This document shows, one piece after another, positions 9,060 to 19,417 of a stretch of 51,679 nt of DNA (position 1 is the stretch's first letter; every line of letters starts with the position of its first letter). The notes under the pieces were generated by a model. It was not told where the DNA came from and made no database searches. It saw only the letters and a program-made list of their open reading frames with translations. The translations under genes and the position numbers were made by a program. Source of the stretch: Elusimicrobiota bacterium (GTDB lineage Bacteria; Elusimicrobiota; Elusimicrobia; Elusimicrobiales; UBA9959); contig DAIENX010000084.1 of assembly GCA_027340875.1 (NCBI GenBank), positions 1 through 51,679 of the forward strand. Reading direction: 5' to 3'.

Positions 9060-9470
9060 TCACTCGCTGTAGGAGGCCATCGAGGTGGGCGTTTCCCAGA
9101 AGACCGCCTCCGCCGCCGGGAAGCCGAGATCCTTCGCGGCTTTATAGACCAGCCTGGCCAGCGTTTCCGCGGTGGGGTTGTCGTCGGTCAGGTAGCAGGC
9201 CTGCCCTGCGGCGGCCAGCGTTTTGGCCAACGGGTCGTTCTTCGCGAGCACCACCTTGTGGTCCAGGGTGTCGTCGAGCCATCCCTTCATGGCCCTGCCT
9301 ATCTCGGTGAAATCCGCCACCATCTTCTCGCCGTTGAGCCGCCCGGACTCCAGCGTGACCTCTACCAGGCCGTTGTGGCCGTGCAGGTTCTCGCACTTGC
9401 CCTTGTAATCGAGCAGCCGGTGGCCGTAGGCCAGGTGGAAAGTCTTCTTTATCCGGTATTTGGAAGCCAT
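9060..9470 (-). CDS. queD: 6-carboxytetrahydropterin synthase / PTPS family (COG0720)
   Basis: GHRL...KCENLHGHN, LDH, NPTAE, WET motifs. Confidence 0.9.
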   Translation of the reverse strand: MASKYRIKKTFHLAYGHRLLDYKGKCENLHGHNGLVEVTLESGRLNGEKMVADFTEIGRAMKGWLDDTLDHKVVLAKNDPLAKTLAAAGQACYLTDDNPTAETLARLVYKAAKDLGFPAAEAVFWETPTSMASYSE

Positions 9471-9490
9471 TGAAAAACCCCTTTGCGCCG

Positions 9491-10060
9491 TCAGTCCAGG
9501 CCCGCCTTCCTCATGAATTTCCGCACCAGGTTCATGGACAGGCCGACCACGGTGTCGAACCGGCCCTCTATCCTCTCGACGAACATGTCGTCCTTGTCCT
9601 GCACCGCGTAGGCCCCGGCCTTGTCATGATGTTTAGATGCCAAAGCCTTCAGCTCGGTTTCAGCCAGGCGCCGCGCCTTGCAGCGGGAGACCTCTCCGCC
9701 GGCCAGGAAAATGCCCTTCTCCAGCCAGATCAGGGCGACCCCGGTATGCACCGCCTGCCAGGAGCCGTTCTGCAGGCGCAGCAGGCGCAGCGCGTCGGCG
9801 TGCCCGTCCGGCTTGCCCAGCACCCGCCCCTTGCAGTAGACCAGCGTGTCCGAGCCCAGCACCGGCGAGCCGGGGTGGCGCAGCGCCACGCTCAGGGCCT
9901 TCTTGTAGGCCAGCTCGCGGACTATCAGGTCCGGGCGGCGGTACCTGGAGACCTCCTCGATGCGGCTCGGGACCGTCCTGTACCTGATGCCGGCCTCGGA
10001 AAGGAGCTGCTTCCTGCGCGGCGACCGGGAAGCGAGTATCAGCACTGCGGAGCGGCTCAT
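9491..10060 (-). CDS. maf: Maf family nucleoside triphosphate pyrophosphatase
   Basis: LILASRSPRRKQLL, GSDT, LGKP, DKAGAYAVQ, VVGL. Confidence 0.95.
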   Translation of the reverse strand: MSRSAVLILASRSPRRKQLLSEAGIRYRTVPSRIEEVSRYRRPDLIVRELAYKKALSVALRHPGSPVLGSDTLVYCKGRVLGKPDGHADALRLLRLQNGSWQAVHTGVALIWLEKGIFLAGGEVSRCKARRLAETELKALASKHHDKAGAYAVQDKDDMFVERIEGRFDTVVGLSMNLVRKFMRKAGLD

Positions 10061-10320
10061 TTCACCAACTGCTTGTAGACCACGGCCGACAGGAAGATGC
10101 CGAGGATGCTGGAGATGTTGAACTTGAAGACCAGCCCGGCGGTGAACTCGACCAGGTTCAGGTCCACCGTGGTGGGCTTCAGCCCGGTGTTGATCGCGGT
10201 GTTGATGAGGCCCGCGAACTGGCTGGCCGGCGGGAACCAGATGTTGAGGAGCTTGCTGATGAACATCCCGAGCAGGGAGCCCACCACGACTACTATAAGC
10301 ACATGCAGCGTGTTCTTCAT
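10057..10320 (-). CDS. small membrane protein, DUF4321-like
   Basis: 87 aa, two hydrophobic segments, VDLNLVEFTAGLVFKFNISSILG pattern; stop overlaps maf start. Confidence 0.75.
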   Translation of the reverse strand: MKNTLHVLIVVVVGSLLGMFISKLLNIWFPPASQFAGLINTAINTGLKPTTVDLNLVEFTAGLVFKFNISSILGIFLSAVVYKQLVK

Positions 10321-10327
10321 ATTGTTT

Positions 10328-10699
10328 TCAGCGTTCCCCCTCCTCGGGGCGGGGCAGGTCCTTGGTCACGTTGGTCGAGAAGGCCGTATTGGCCCCGAGC
10401 CAGTCCAGGTATTCCGGCGAGCCGGCGTCTATCTCCGCGAAGATCGTCTCGGGCACGGTGTAGGGGTGGTTCTCCTTGACGAACTGCACGATGTCGTCGC
10501 GCAGCGCGCGGCGGGTCTTGACGACCAGCAGGATCTCGGCGGAGGTCTCGATGCGGTCCTTCCACCAGTAGGAGGAGGAGATGCCCGGCACCGAGGAGAC
10601 GCAGGCCGCGAGCCGCTCGCGAAGCAGCCCGGAGCTTATCTTTTCCGCCGTCTCGGCGTTCCCGACGGTTATGAAGCAGATATCGTACTGCGTGGCCAT
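10328..10699 (-). CDS. cutA: CutA divalent-cation tolerance protein
   Basis: ERLAACV, SSYWWK, HPYTVPE, YLDWL; start placed at MATQY. Confidence 0.93.
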   Translation of the reverse strand: MATQYDICFITVGNAETAEKISSGLLRERLAACVSSVPGISSSYWWKDRIETSAEILLVVKTRRALRDDIVQFVKENHPYTVPETIFAEIDAGSPEYLDWLGANTAFSTNVTKDLPRPEEGER

Positions 10700-10730
10700 G
10701 ATCGATAATGATATCAAAAATACGCCCGCG

Positions 10731-11618
10731 TTACGGGAGGTTGCAGGCCGAGAACTCCTCCCGTGTCCGCTCTATATCGCCGGAGTGCGAGGCGCGCCAT
10801 GAGGCGTCCTTCCGCAGTTCCTCGGCGTAGAGCTTCGCGAAGCGCTCGAAGATGTCGCTCTGTTTGTCGTAGAAGGTGCGCTGGAAGCGGTAGACCTCGT
10901 AGACCGGCAGCGCGCGCACCTCGGCGTCCCGCTTCATCGCGTCGCTCATCGACATCGCGCCCTTCCTGACGCGCGCCATGTCGCGCTCGTAGAGCAGCTG
11001 GTAGAAGGACTGGTCGTTTATGGCCTGACGGGTCTTCTCCAGCCAGACCTTCTGGTTCTCCAGCGTCTCCAGCGGCCGCTGGCAGGCCGCGTCGGGGCTG
11101 AGGACCTCCTTCCTGGCCTGGGCCATCGCGTAGCGGGAGTTCTCCAGCACGTAGGTGCAGAAATCGTCCTTTATCCCCTTCGCCCACTTGGCCTTGTCGA
11201 AATCGGCCTCGACCACGTTTATCTGCACGGCGAGCCGGGCCTGGAACAGCGCCCCCAGTTCCTCCTCCTCGGAGATGAACTCGTCGAGGCCGCTGAGGGT
11301 GTAGAGGCGGTAGATGTAGGCGGCCCTGGCCAGCGTCATGGCCAGCAGAAGGTCCGAATCCCTGTAGGCCTCCGGCAGGAAGATCTGGCCGCTGTCGAGC
11401 GAGAACTTGTGGCAGAGGCCGGGCGTGTTGGAGTATTCGAAGCGCACCGGGTGCTTCAGCAGGAACTTGAAGAGGGAGCGGCCCTCCGGGACGCTGTTGA
11501 TGATGTCGAAGGCCCGCTCTATCGAGGGCTCGCTGGTCAGGCGCGCCTCGGGCCGGCCGGTGGCGCACCCGGCGGCGAGGAGCAGCGGCAGCAGCGCGCA
11601 AAGCGTTCTTGTCCTCAT
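10731..11618 (-). CDS. hypothetical lipoprotein
   Basis: LLAAGC lipobox; start overlaps AsmA gene stop (ATGA). Confidence 0.8.
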   Translation of the reverse strand: MRTRTLCALLPLLLAAGCATGRPEARLTSEPSIERAFDIINSVPEGRSLFKFLLKHPVRFEYSNTPGLCHKFSLDSGQIFLPEAYRDSDLLLAMTLARAAYIYRLYTLSGLDEFISEEEELGALFQARLAVQINVVEADFDKAKWAKGIKDDFCTYVLENSRYAMAQARKEVLSPDAACQRPLETLENQKVWLEKTRQAINDQSFYQLLYERDMARVRKGAMSMSDAMKRDAEVRALPVYEVYRFQRTFYDKQSDIFERFAKLYAEELRKDASWRASHSGDIERTREEFSACNLP

Positions 11619-13867
11619 TTGAAGAGTCCCTTCAGGAGCTTCCCGGCGTTCGGGGCCAGCTTCTCCACGGCCTTCTTCACCGCCGGCTGTTCCACCAGGG
11701 ACTTAAGGTCCGGTTTGGCCGACGGGTCGGAGAAGGTTCCGGTCACTACCAGCGCGACGGGCTCGCTCATCCTTATGCCGCTGGCGGCCTTCAGCCTGGT
11801 CTTGATCCTCATGTCCAGCTTCTCCGCGGGCAGGTTGATGGTGCCCGACGAGGAGACGTCGGCGGCCGGGCCGGTGAGCGACGACTTGTCGAGCGACATC
11901 ACGCCGCTGCGGAACGTGTAGGCCCCCTCGATGGAATCGAAGTCCACGTTGTTGAAGTCGGGCAGGCGCAGGGACTTCGCCAGGCCGGAGGCCTTCTGTA
12001 GGACCAGCAGCGGATACAGCGCCACCTTGGCGGCCTTGTGCTGCTCGGCCAGCTTGTAGAGCCCCGAGAACTTACCCGTCCCGGCGGCGAAGGAGGCCGT
12101 GCCGCCGAGCTCGCGCATGTCGTCGGAGACGTTCGTCAGCGCCAGGCGGGCCTCCACCTTGCCGCAGCGGAAGTTGGGATGCTCCACCGCGCCGATATCG
12201 GCGGAGCCCGAAACGTCTACGTAGAAGGGCTTGCCGGCGGCTTTCGCGGGCTTTTTGTCCGGCGCCGCGGCGGGAGAGGCCTGGGGAAGCTCCTTGACCT
12301 TCAGCTTGGAGAGCTGCAGCTTAAAGTCCGCCCGGGGGTGCGACGTCACCGAGAGCGCCTTGAAGGAGGCCGTGAAAGGCTCCCCTTCGAGCTTGCCGGT
12401 GATCCCGGGCGAGACGGCGGAATCCGGGGTGAAGTCCACCTTGCCGGAGACGTCGGACAGCGAGTAGCCGGCGGCCGAGGCCCCCGCACCCTTCAGCTCG
12501 GCTTCCCCCCTGGCGGAAAGGGTCTTGCCGTAGGAGTAGTCCAGCGAAAGTCCCGCCGCTCCCTTGAGGCCGTACCGGGCCAGCAGGCCCGGGGCGGTCT
12601 CGGCCAGCCTGCCCAGGTCCTTGACGTCGGCGCGGGCCCGGCCGGTCACGGAGAGCTCCTTGCCGGAATAATCCACGAAGGTCTTTCCGGAGGCGGTGAA
12701 GGATTTGGACTCGAGCGTGAAGGACGGCACGTCGGCGTGCCCCTCGCGCAGGCGGACGTCGGCCGTCAGCTGGGTCAGCGGCAGCTTTAGTCCGGCGGGG
12801 ACCGGGAACTGCCTGGCCTTCTTCGCCAGCAGCGAGGTGTCCGTCTCGGGTATCTGCGCCTTCACGTCGGCGGAGATCGCGTAATAGAGGCGCGGGTTCC
12901 AGGCGGCCCTGCCTTTGACCGCGGCTTCCACGGGCCCGGCCTTCAGCTTAACCGAGCGCAGGTTCACGTCCCTGGCCGTGAGCTTGAAGTCGGCGTCCGC
13001 GTCGATGGCGGGCAGGAGCAGCTTCGGAGGCAGCGCGGCGAAGTACTGTTTCAGGTCCGAAGTGGAGAACTGGTCCACGGAGAGGCGCAGCCGGGCGTCG
13101 GGCTCCAGCAGGTTGTTCAGCGCGCCGCCGATCCGGGCCTTTACCCCGCCCAGCGAGATGGAGGCCGCCGTTATCTCCGCCCGGCCCTTTTCCGGGGAGA
13201 AGCCGCCCAGGGCCACCTTGCCGCGCAGGGAGGCCGGCAGGCGGCCGGTGAAGTACGGGGACTTCACGTCCAGCGTGAAAGAGGCGTCCACCGGGAAGAG
13301 CTCGTCGGGGGAGATGCCGGAGGCCGCCAGGTCTATGCCGCTGAGGGTCACCTTCATGTCCCCGGCGGCGTTGGTATAGAAGAAGGAGGAGCCGCGCACC
13401 TTCAGGCTGGATACCGAGAGTTTGGGGGCCTGGGAGGGCTTGGCGGAGGCTTTGGGCTGAGCCGGCCTGGCCGGCTGGGACAGGAGGTCGGAGAAATTGT
13501 ACGTCTCCGGCCGCACCTCCCTGACGCTCATCTTCAGCCCGTCGGCCGACACGGAGTTGACCTTCAGCTCGCCGCGCAGCAGCGCGCTGAAGGAGGGTCT
13601 GACGGAGAACGAGGCGGCGCTGAAGAACTCCCCTTTCCCGAAATCCGGGTATTCGGAGACCCGCAGGCCTGCTATCGCGAGGCCGGAAAGGTTCAGCGAG
13701 ACGGAGTCGAACGTGACCTGCCGGCGGAGGTTCTTGGCGGCGAAATCGGTGGTGAGGGCCTTCAGTCTCTCCTGCGTGAAATAGAGCTTCAGCGCCAGAG
13801 CGCCGGCCGCGGCCGCGGCCGCCAGGAAGACGGCCGTCCAGACGGAAAATTTGAGCAGTTTTCTCAT
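11615..13867 (-). CDS. AsmA-family bridge-like protein
   Basis: N-terminal TM anchor, LRRQVTFDSVSL, YNFSDLL, repeated amphipathic beta strands, C-terminal VTGTFSDP. Confidence 0.85.
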   Translation of the reverse strand: MRKLLKFSVWTAVFLAAAAAAGALALKLYFTQERLKALTTDFAAKNLRRQVTFDSVSLNLSGLAIAGLRVSEYPDFGKGEFFSAASFSVRPSFSALLRGELKVNSVSADGLKMSVREVRPETYNFSDLLSQPARPAQPKASAKPSQAPKLSVSSLKVRGSSFFYTNAAGDMKVTLSGIDLAASGISPDELFPVDASFTLDVKSPYFTGRLPASLRGKVALGGFSPEKGRAEITAASISLGGVKARIGGALNNLLEPDARLRLSVDQFSTSDLKQYFAALPPKLLLPAIDADADFKLTARDVNLRSVKLKAGPVEAAVKGRAAWNPRLYYAISADVKAQIPETDTSLLAKKARQFPVPAGLKLPLTQLTADVRLREGHADVPSFTLESKSFTASGKTFVDYSGKELSVTGRARADVKDLGRLAETAPGLLARYGLKGAAGLSLDYSYGKTLSARGEAELKGAGASAAGYSLSDVSGKVDFTPDSAVSPGITGKLEGEPFTASFKALSVTSHPRADFKLQLSKLKVKELPQASPAAAPDKKPAKAAGKPFYVDVSGSADIGAVEHPNFRCGKVEARLALTNVSDDMRELGGTASFAAGTGKFSGLYKLAEQHKAAKVALYPLLVLQKASGLAKSLRLPDFNNVDFDSIEGAYTFRSGVMSLDKSSLTGPAADVSSSGTINLPAEKLDMRIKTRLKAASGIRMSEPVALVVTGTFSDPSAKPDLKSLVEQPAVKKAVEKLAPNAGKLLKGLFK

Positions 13868-13961
13868 AATCCTATTATATAAAAGTTCGTTTAAAGCTCC
13901 CTCTCAAAAATGCTAGATTTACTGCGGAGTTCCGTTGAAGGCACCAGGGGCCCGGCCCGCC

Positions 13962-14897
13962 ATGAACGCGCTTATACTCAACCTCAACCTTTCCGTGGAC
14001 AAGACGGTCCTGATACCGGGGTTCCGCCCGGGGCGCATCTACCGCGTGGGAGAGACGCTTACGCTGCCCGGCGGCAAGGGCGTGAACGTGTCCCGCGCGC
14101 TGCGCTCGCTGGGCATGGAGGTCCCTATAGCGGGCTTCGCCAGCGGCCGCAACGGCGGCTGGATAGCCGACCGCCTCCGGAGCGAGGGCTTCAGCGCGTT
14201 CATAGAGCGCCACTCCGCCGGAGAATCCCGGGTCTGCCTGACCGTCGCCGACTCCCGCGGGCTTACCACCGACATAAACGAGGAAGGTCCGGCGGTGCCG
14301 GCGGCCTCGCAGCGCCGCTTCCTGTCCAGGTTCTCATCGCTGGCCCCCCGGTTCCGGGCCGTAGCGGTCTGCGGCAGGTCCTCGGCCGGCCTGGCCAAAG
14401 GCTTCTACGCCTCGCTGGTGAAGCGCGCCGCCGCCCACGGCTGCTTCTCCATGTTCGACACCAGCGGCCCCGCCCTCGCCGAGGCGCTGGAGGCCGGCGC
14501 CGAAGGCATAAAGATAAACAGGCACGAGTTCGAGGAGCTCTGCCGCTGCCGCTTCTCCCGCCGGCTGGTGCACGATTTCTTCCGCCGGAACTCCGCTCGC
14601 GGTCTGAAGACGCTGATCGTTACCGACGGGGCCGGCGTTTCCTACGCCGCCTCCCCGTTCGGGCTCTGGGCCGTAGTGCCGCCGCCGCTCCGCTCGCTGC
14701 GCAGCGCCGTCGGGGCCGGCGACGCGTTCATGGCAGGGTTCCTTTTCGGTTTTCTCAGCGCCTACGGCTTCGAGAAATCGCTGCGCCTGGCCGCCGGAGC
14801 GGCCGCGGCCGATTGCCTGACGCTGGGCGCCGGACACATCGACCCGCGGAAGGCAGAGCTGTATTCGCGCAGGACGGAGGTGCGGAAGGTCGCCTGA
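13962..14897 (+). CDS. 1-phosphofructokinase-family hexose kinase (PfkB)
   Basis: LNLSVDKT, GGKGVNVSR, INEEGP, KINRHE, SAVGAGDAF. Confidence 0.92.
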   Translation: MNALILNLNLSVDKTVLIPGFRPGRIYRVGETLTLPGGKGVNVSRALRSLGMEVPIAGFASGRNGGWIADRLRSEGFSAFIERHSAGESRVCLTVADSRGLTTDINEEGPAVPAASQRRFLSRFSSLAPRFRAVAVCGRSSAGLAKGFYASLVKRAAAHGCFSMFDTSGPALAEALEAGAEGIKINRHEFEELCRCRFSRRLVHDFFRRNSARGLKTLIVTDGAGVSYAASPFGLWAVVPPPLRSLRSAVGAGDAFMAGFLFGFLSAYGFEKSLRLAAGAAAADCLTLGAGHIDPRKAELYSRRTEVRKVA

Positions 14898-14925
14898 CCT
14901 TCCGCAGCAACTTCAGGAGGCTGCA

Positions 14926-17190
14926 ATGGAAGACCTTAACGGCATCGAGAGGATACTGGCATACGCCGGAGCGCAGGGCAGGCGCAGCCTGACGGAGACC
15001 GAGGTCTACCAGGTTCTGGCGCTGGCCGGACTGGAAGCGCCCAAACATCTTCTTTTCCCGGCCGCCGGCCTTGACCCGGCGGCCGCAGCGGCGGAGGCCT
15101 GCGCCGCGCTGCCTGGCGACAAGGCGGTGCTGAAGCTGGTCTCTTCCAAGACGCTGCACAAGACCGAATCCGGCGGCGTGAAGGTCTCGGACAAAGAGCC
15201 CGGGGCGATGGCGGCGGCCCTGAAGGCCATGGCGGCGAAGTTCCCGGAGGCGGAGGCCTTCATGGCCGCCGAGTTCGTCCCTCATTCTCCGTTCGCGCTG
15301 GGCGAGGAGCTGCTGCTCGGCGCGCGCGCCGACGAGGCTTTCGGGCCGGTCATAACGCTCGGTCCCGGCGGCACCAATGCCGAAGCCCTGATCTCCTCCC
15401 TGCGCCCCGGAACGGCGCCGGCCGTCATGCCGGCCGAACTGGCCTTCAACACCGGCGCGTGGGAGAGGTTCCTCTCCGGCTGCTGGACCTGGGACTACTC
15501 GGCCGGCCGCGTGCGCGGCGGGCGGAGGCTCGTGGAGGACGGGGAGATGATCAAGTGGCTGGAGGGCTTCGCCCACCTGATGAAGCGGTTCTCCGACGGG
15601 GGACCGTCCGACTGGGCCATAGAGGAGTTCGAGGTGAACCCGCTGGCCGTGGCGCGCGGGCGGCTGACCGCCCTGGACGGCGTGCTGCGCTTCAGGCCAG
15701 CGAAGAAGGCCGAGCCCCGCCGCCGCCCTACGAAACAGGGCGTGGAAGGCCTGATACACACGAAGAGCGCGGCCGTGGTGGGCGTCAGCGAGAAGAAGAT
15801 GAACATGGCCCGCATCATCCTGAACAACATCGTGAAGGCCGGTTTCCCCAGGGAGCGCACCTACATCGTGAAGGAGGGCGCGGAGGCTATCGACGGGGTG
15901 AAGTGCTTCCCCTCCCCCGCCCAGCTGCCGGAAAAGGTGGACATGTACGTGGTCGCGGTGCCGTCGCCGGAGGTGCCGCGCGTGCTGGCCGAGGCCGGGG
16001 AATCCGGCAAGGTCAACGGCGTGGTGCTGATCTCGGGAGGCATGGGCGAGAAGTCAGGCTCCGAGGGAGTGGCCGGCACCGTGGTGGAGGCCATAGCGGC
16101 CGCCCGCGAGAAGAACCCGGACTTCGCGCTGTCGGGCGGCAACTCGCTGGGCATAGTGCTCAACGGCTCGAAGATAAACACCCTTTTCATCCCCGAGTAC
16201 AAGATGGAGCACCCGCTCGGCGTGAACCCGAACATGGCCAAGACGGCCTTCGTCAGCCAGAGCGGGGCCTTCGTGATCTCTACCATAAGCAAGATGCCCT
16301 GGCTGAAGCCCGCTTACAGCATCACCGTGGGCAACCAGCAGGACGTGACGGTGCCGGACTACTTGGAGCGGCTGGCCGACGAGGACGACCTGAAGGTGCT
16401 GCTGGTGTACATGGAGGGCTTCAAGCCGGGCGACGGGCTCGCGCTGGCGAGGACCATCGAGAAGGCCCGCGCGAAGGGCAAACTGGTGGTGCTCTACAAG
16501 GCGGGCCGCACCGCGGTGGGGCAGAAGGCCGTGATGGGGCATACCGCCTCGATAGCCGGGGACTACCTGGTGACGAGGCTGGTGATGGAGAACGCCGGCG
16601 CGCTGGTGGCCGAGACCTTCGACGAGTTCAACGACCTGGCGGCGCTGGCCTGCACCTTCGCCGATCACAGGCTGAAGCACGGCAACACCTTCTTCATCAG
16701 CAACGCCGGCTTCGAGTCGGCCGGCATGGCCGACGGGGTGGCCGGCCGCCTTACGGCCGAGATGAGCAAGGAGCTGGCGGCCGTCGTGGACAAGGTGCTA
16801 AGGGAGCACAGGCTGGACTCCATAGTGGACGCGAAGAACCCGCTGGACATCACGCCGATGGCCGCCGACGCGGCCATCGCGGGAGTGCTGCGGTCCGCGC
16901 TGGCGTCCGACGAGTTCTCTGGCGCGGTCGTGTCTATGATACCGCTGACGGCGATGATGAACACGCTGCCGAAGGGAGACAAGTGGCCCGACGACCTGGA
17001 GAAGTCCTTCCTGAAGGACGCGGCCGAGGCCGCCCGGGAGGCGCGCAAGCCGCTGGTCTTCGTGGTCGGCTCGGGCGCGCTCTACGAGCCGTACTGCGCG
17101 CTGGCCGAAAACCTCGGCCTGCCGGTGTTCCGCTCGGCCGACCGCGCCGTCAGGATGTACAGGAAATACCTGGGGTACGTCCTGCCCTAG
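14926..17190 (+). CDS. ADP-forming acetate/acyl-CoA ligase (ATP-grasp domain first, then CoA-binding domain)
   Basis: HKTESGGV, FGPVI, EVNPL; SAAVVGVS, SQSGA, GHTASIAG phospho-His motif, NPLD; AGGAGG SD. Confidence 0.9.
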   Translation: MEDLNGIERILAYAGAQGRRSLTETEVYQVLALAGLEAPKHLLFPAAGLDPAAAAAEACAALPGDKAVLKLVSSKTLHKTESGGVKVSDKEPGAMAAALKAMAAKFPEAEAFMAAEFVPHSPFALGEELLLGARADEAFGPVITLGPGGTNAEALISSLRPGTAPAVMPAELAFNTGAWERFLSGCWTWDYSAGRVRGGRRLVEDGEMIKWLEGFAHLMKRFSDGGPSDWAIEEFEVNPLAVARGRLTALDGVLRFRPAKKAEPRRRPTKQGVEGLIHTKSAAVVGVSEKKMNMARIILNNIVKAGFPRERTYIVKEGAEAIDGVKCFPSPAQLPEKVDMYVVAVPSPEVPRVLAEAGESGKVNGVVLISGGMGEKSGSEGVAGTVVEAIAAAREKNPDFALSGGNSLGIVLNGSKINTLFIPEYKMEHPLGVNPNMAKTAFVSQSGAFVISTISKMPWLKPAYSITVGNQQDVTVPDYLERLADEDDLKVLLVYMEGFKPGDGLALARTIEKARAKGKLVVLYKAGRTAVGQKAVMGHTASIAGDYLVTRLVMENAGALVAETFDEFNDLAALACTFADHRLKHGNTFFISNAGFESAGMADGVAGRLTAEMSKELAAVVDKVLREHRLDSIVDAKNPLDITPMAADAAIAGVLRSALASDEFSGAVVSMIPLTAMMNTLPKGDKWPDDLEKSFLKDAAEAAREARKPLVFVVGSGALYEPYCALAENLGLPVFRSADRAVRMYRKYLGYVLP

Positions 17191-17251
17191 CCCTAGTTCA
17201 GTAAATTCGGCATAGTTCTCAGTGTGCTCCGCCGCCACCCCGCGGCCGGCT

Positions 17252-19417
17252 TCACGCCTTGGCAGCGACCGGGACCGGGGCGTCCAGTGTTTCCCTTATT
17301 TTCCTGGTCAGGTCGTCGGCCGAGACCGGCTTCTGCAGGAACGGGAGTTGCTCCACCGACAGCAGTACATGGGCCAGTTCCGTGTCGGTATAGCCCGACA
17401 TGAAGACAACCTTGACGTCCTTGCAGCGTCCCCGCAGGCGTCCGTACAGTTCGTAGCCGTTCATGCCGGGCATCACGGTGTCGGTCAGCACCAGCGAGAT
17501 CTCCTTAGCGTGCGCTTCGCACAGCGCCAGCGCCTCCGCCGGGTTCTTCGCCTCCAGCACCGTGTAGCCGCTCTCCCGCAGCGCCCGCAGCGCGAAGCCG
17601 CGCACCCCGTCGTCGTCCTCCACCACCAGCAGCGTCTCCGAGCCGCGCAGCGCCGCGGCGGGGACGGGCGGGGGCGCGGCCGCCGTCAGCGCCTCGGCCA
17701 CGCGCGGCAGATAGATATTGAACGTGGTGCCCAGACCGGGTTCGCTGTAGACGTAGATGTTCCCGCCGCTCTGCTTGACTATGCCGTAGACGGTGGCCAG
17801 GCCGAGGCCCGTCCCCTTGCCCAGGTCCTTCGTGCTGAAGAACGGTTCGAAGATGTGTTGCGCCATCTCGCGCGGTATGCCGCGGCCCGTGTCCGAGATC
17901 GTCAGCATGACGTACGGACCAGGACGCACGTCCATATGCATTTCCGCGTAGTTTTCGCTCAACTGCACGTTCTCGGTGCACAGCGTCACTTTGCCGCCGT
18001 CCGGCATGGCGTCCCTGGCGTTGACCACGAGGTTCATCACGATCTGCTCCAGCTGGCCGGGGTCGGCCTTCACGCGGCATTCCTCCCTGGACAGGTCCAG
18101 GGCCACTCCGATGTTCTCGCCTATCAGCCGTTTCAGCAGTTTCTGCGTGTCCAGGACCGTGGAGTTGATGTCCACGACGCGCGGCTTAAAGATCTGGCGC
18201 CGGCTGAACGCCAGCAGCTGGCGCGTCAGCGAAGCGGCGGTCCCCGCGGCCCGGATTATCTCCCCGACGTCGGCGCGTCTGGGGTCCTCCTGCGGCATGC
18301 TGCGCAGCAGGAAGTCGGCGTAGCCGTCTATTGCGGTCAGCAGGTTGTTGAAGTCGTGCGCGACGCCGCCAGCGAGGCGGCCCACCGCCTCCATCTTCTG
18401 CGCCTGTCTCAACTGCAGCTCCAGCGCCCGCTTTTCGGAGATGTCCAGCCAGAGCCCCAGCACTTTCCCATCGCTCAGGCTGACGCTGGCGAGCAGCCAG
18501 CGGTAATCCTCGCCGGTGACCCGCCAGCGGTACTCGGTGCTGGCGGTTCCCGTCACTGCCAGGCGCCCCAAGTCCGCCCTGACGCGTTCCAGGTCCTCCG
18601 GGTGGACTCGGGAGAACCAGAAATCCGGCTCTCTCAGAAGATCCTCCTGCCGGCAGGCGCAGAGCTTCGCGGCTCCTTCGCTCACCCACTCCAGGCTCAG
18701 GCCGCCGTCGGTCTGGCGTGCGCAGAAGAAGGCCGCCGGGACGGTGCGAAGCACCATGTCCTCGCGTTGCTTCGCCACTATCAGGTCGCTCTCCGTCCTG
18801 GCGTGCGCCTCCACTTCCCGCAGGAGCTCCGCCGTTCTTTCGGCCACGCGGTTTTCCAGGGAGCTGTTGAGCCGCTCCAGGTCCTTCTGGGCGTCGCGCA
18901 GCTCCCGGTTCTTCTTGACGGCGGCCTCGTACGTGGAGAGCAGGATGTCGAGTATCTGCATGCGGTCGGAAGACAGGAAGTGCTTGCGTCCGCCGAAGTA
19001 GAATTCCAGCCCCGCGCGCGCGCCGCCGCCGCGCCGCAGTTCCCGGTTGATCAGGTGATGCTTTATCCAGGACAGCAGGTAATCCGGCTCGAACGGCTTG
19101 GTGACGAAGTTGTCCGCCCCGCATTCGAGCCCGCGTATGATGTCCCTGGGGTCCGAGAGCACGCTCAGCAGGATCAGCGGGATATCCTTCGTGGCGGGGT
19201 CGTCCTTGATCTTGCGGCAGAGTTCGTAGCCGTTCATGCCCGGCATCTCGATGTCGCTCAATATCACGCCGTAGCTGCGCTCCCGGAGCATCCGCAGCGC
19301 TCCTGCGGCGTCCTCCTCGCGGAAGACGGCGTAGTTCTCCCTCTTAAGGATCTCCTCCAGGAGTTCCGCCTGGGTGCGGCTGTCCTCGACTATAAGGATG
19401 TTCATCTCAGTTTCCAT
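17252..19417 (-). CDS. hybrid sensor kinase REC-PAS-HisKA-HATPase-REC
   Basis: [19 protein letters not shown]-box; [31 protein letters not shown]-terminal REC. Confidence 0.95.
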   Translation of the reverse strand: METEMNILIVEDSRTQAELLEEILKRENYAVFREEDAAGALRMLRERSYGVILSDIEMPGMNGYELCRKIKDDPATKDIPLILLSVLSDPRDIIRGLECGADNFVTKPFEPDYLLSWIKHHLINRELRRGGGARAGLEFYFGGRKHFLSSDRMQILDILLSTYEAAVKKNRELRDAQKDLERLNSSLENRVAERTAELLREVEAHARTESDLIVAKQREDMVLRTVPAAFFCARQTDGGLSLEWVSEGAAKLCACRQEDLLREPDFWFSRVHPEDLERVRADLGRLAVTGTASTEYRWRVTGEDYRWLLASVSLSDGKVLGLWLDISEKRALELQLRQAQKMEAVGRLAGGVAHDFNNLLTAIDGYADFLLRSMPQEDPRRADVGEIIRAAGTAASLTRQLLAFSRRQIFKPRVVDINSTVLDTQKLLKRLIGENIGVALDLSREECRVKADPGQLEQIVMNLVVNARDAMPDGGKVTLCTENVQLSENYAEMHMDVRPGPYVMLTISDTGRGIPREMAQHIFEPFFSTKDLGKGTGLGLATVYGIVKQSGGNIYVYSEPGLGTTFNIYLPRVAEALTAAAPPPVPAAALRGSETLLVVEDDDGVRGFALRALRESGYTVLEAKNPAEALALCEAHAKEISLVLTDTVMPGMNGYELYGRLRGRCKDVKVVFMSGYTDTELAHVLLSVEQLPFLQKPVSADDLTRKIRETLDAPVPVAAKA

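Noticed and set aside
17185..17196. CCCTAG tandem duplication at the ligase stop codon as an insertion scar
   Set aside because: Only 6 bp, with no matching boundary found at the other side of the chemosensory block
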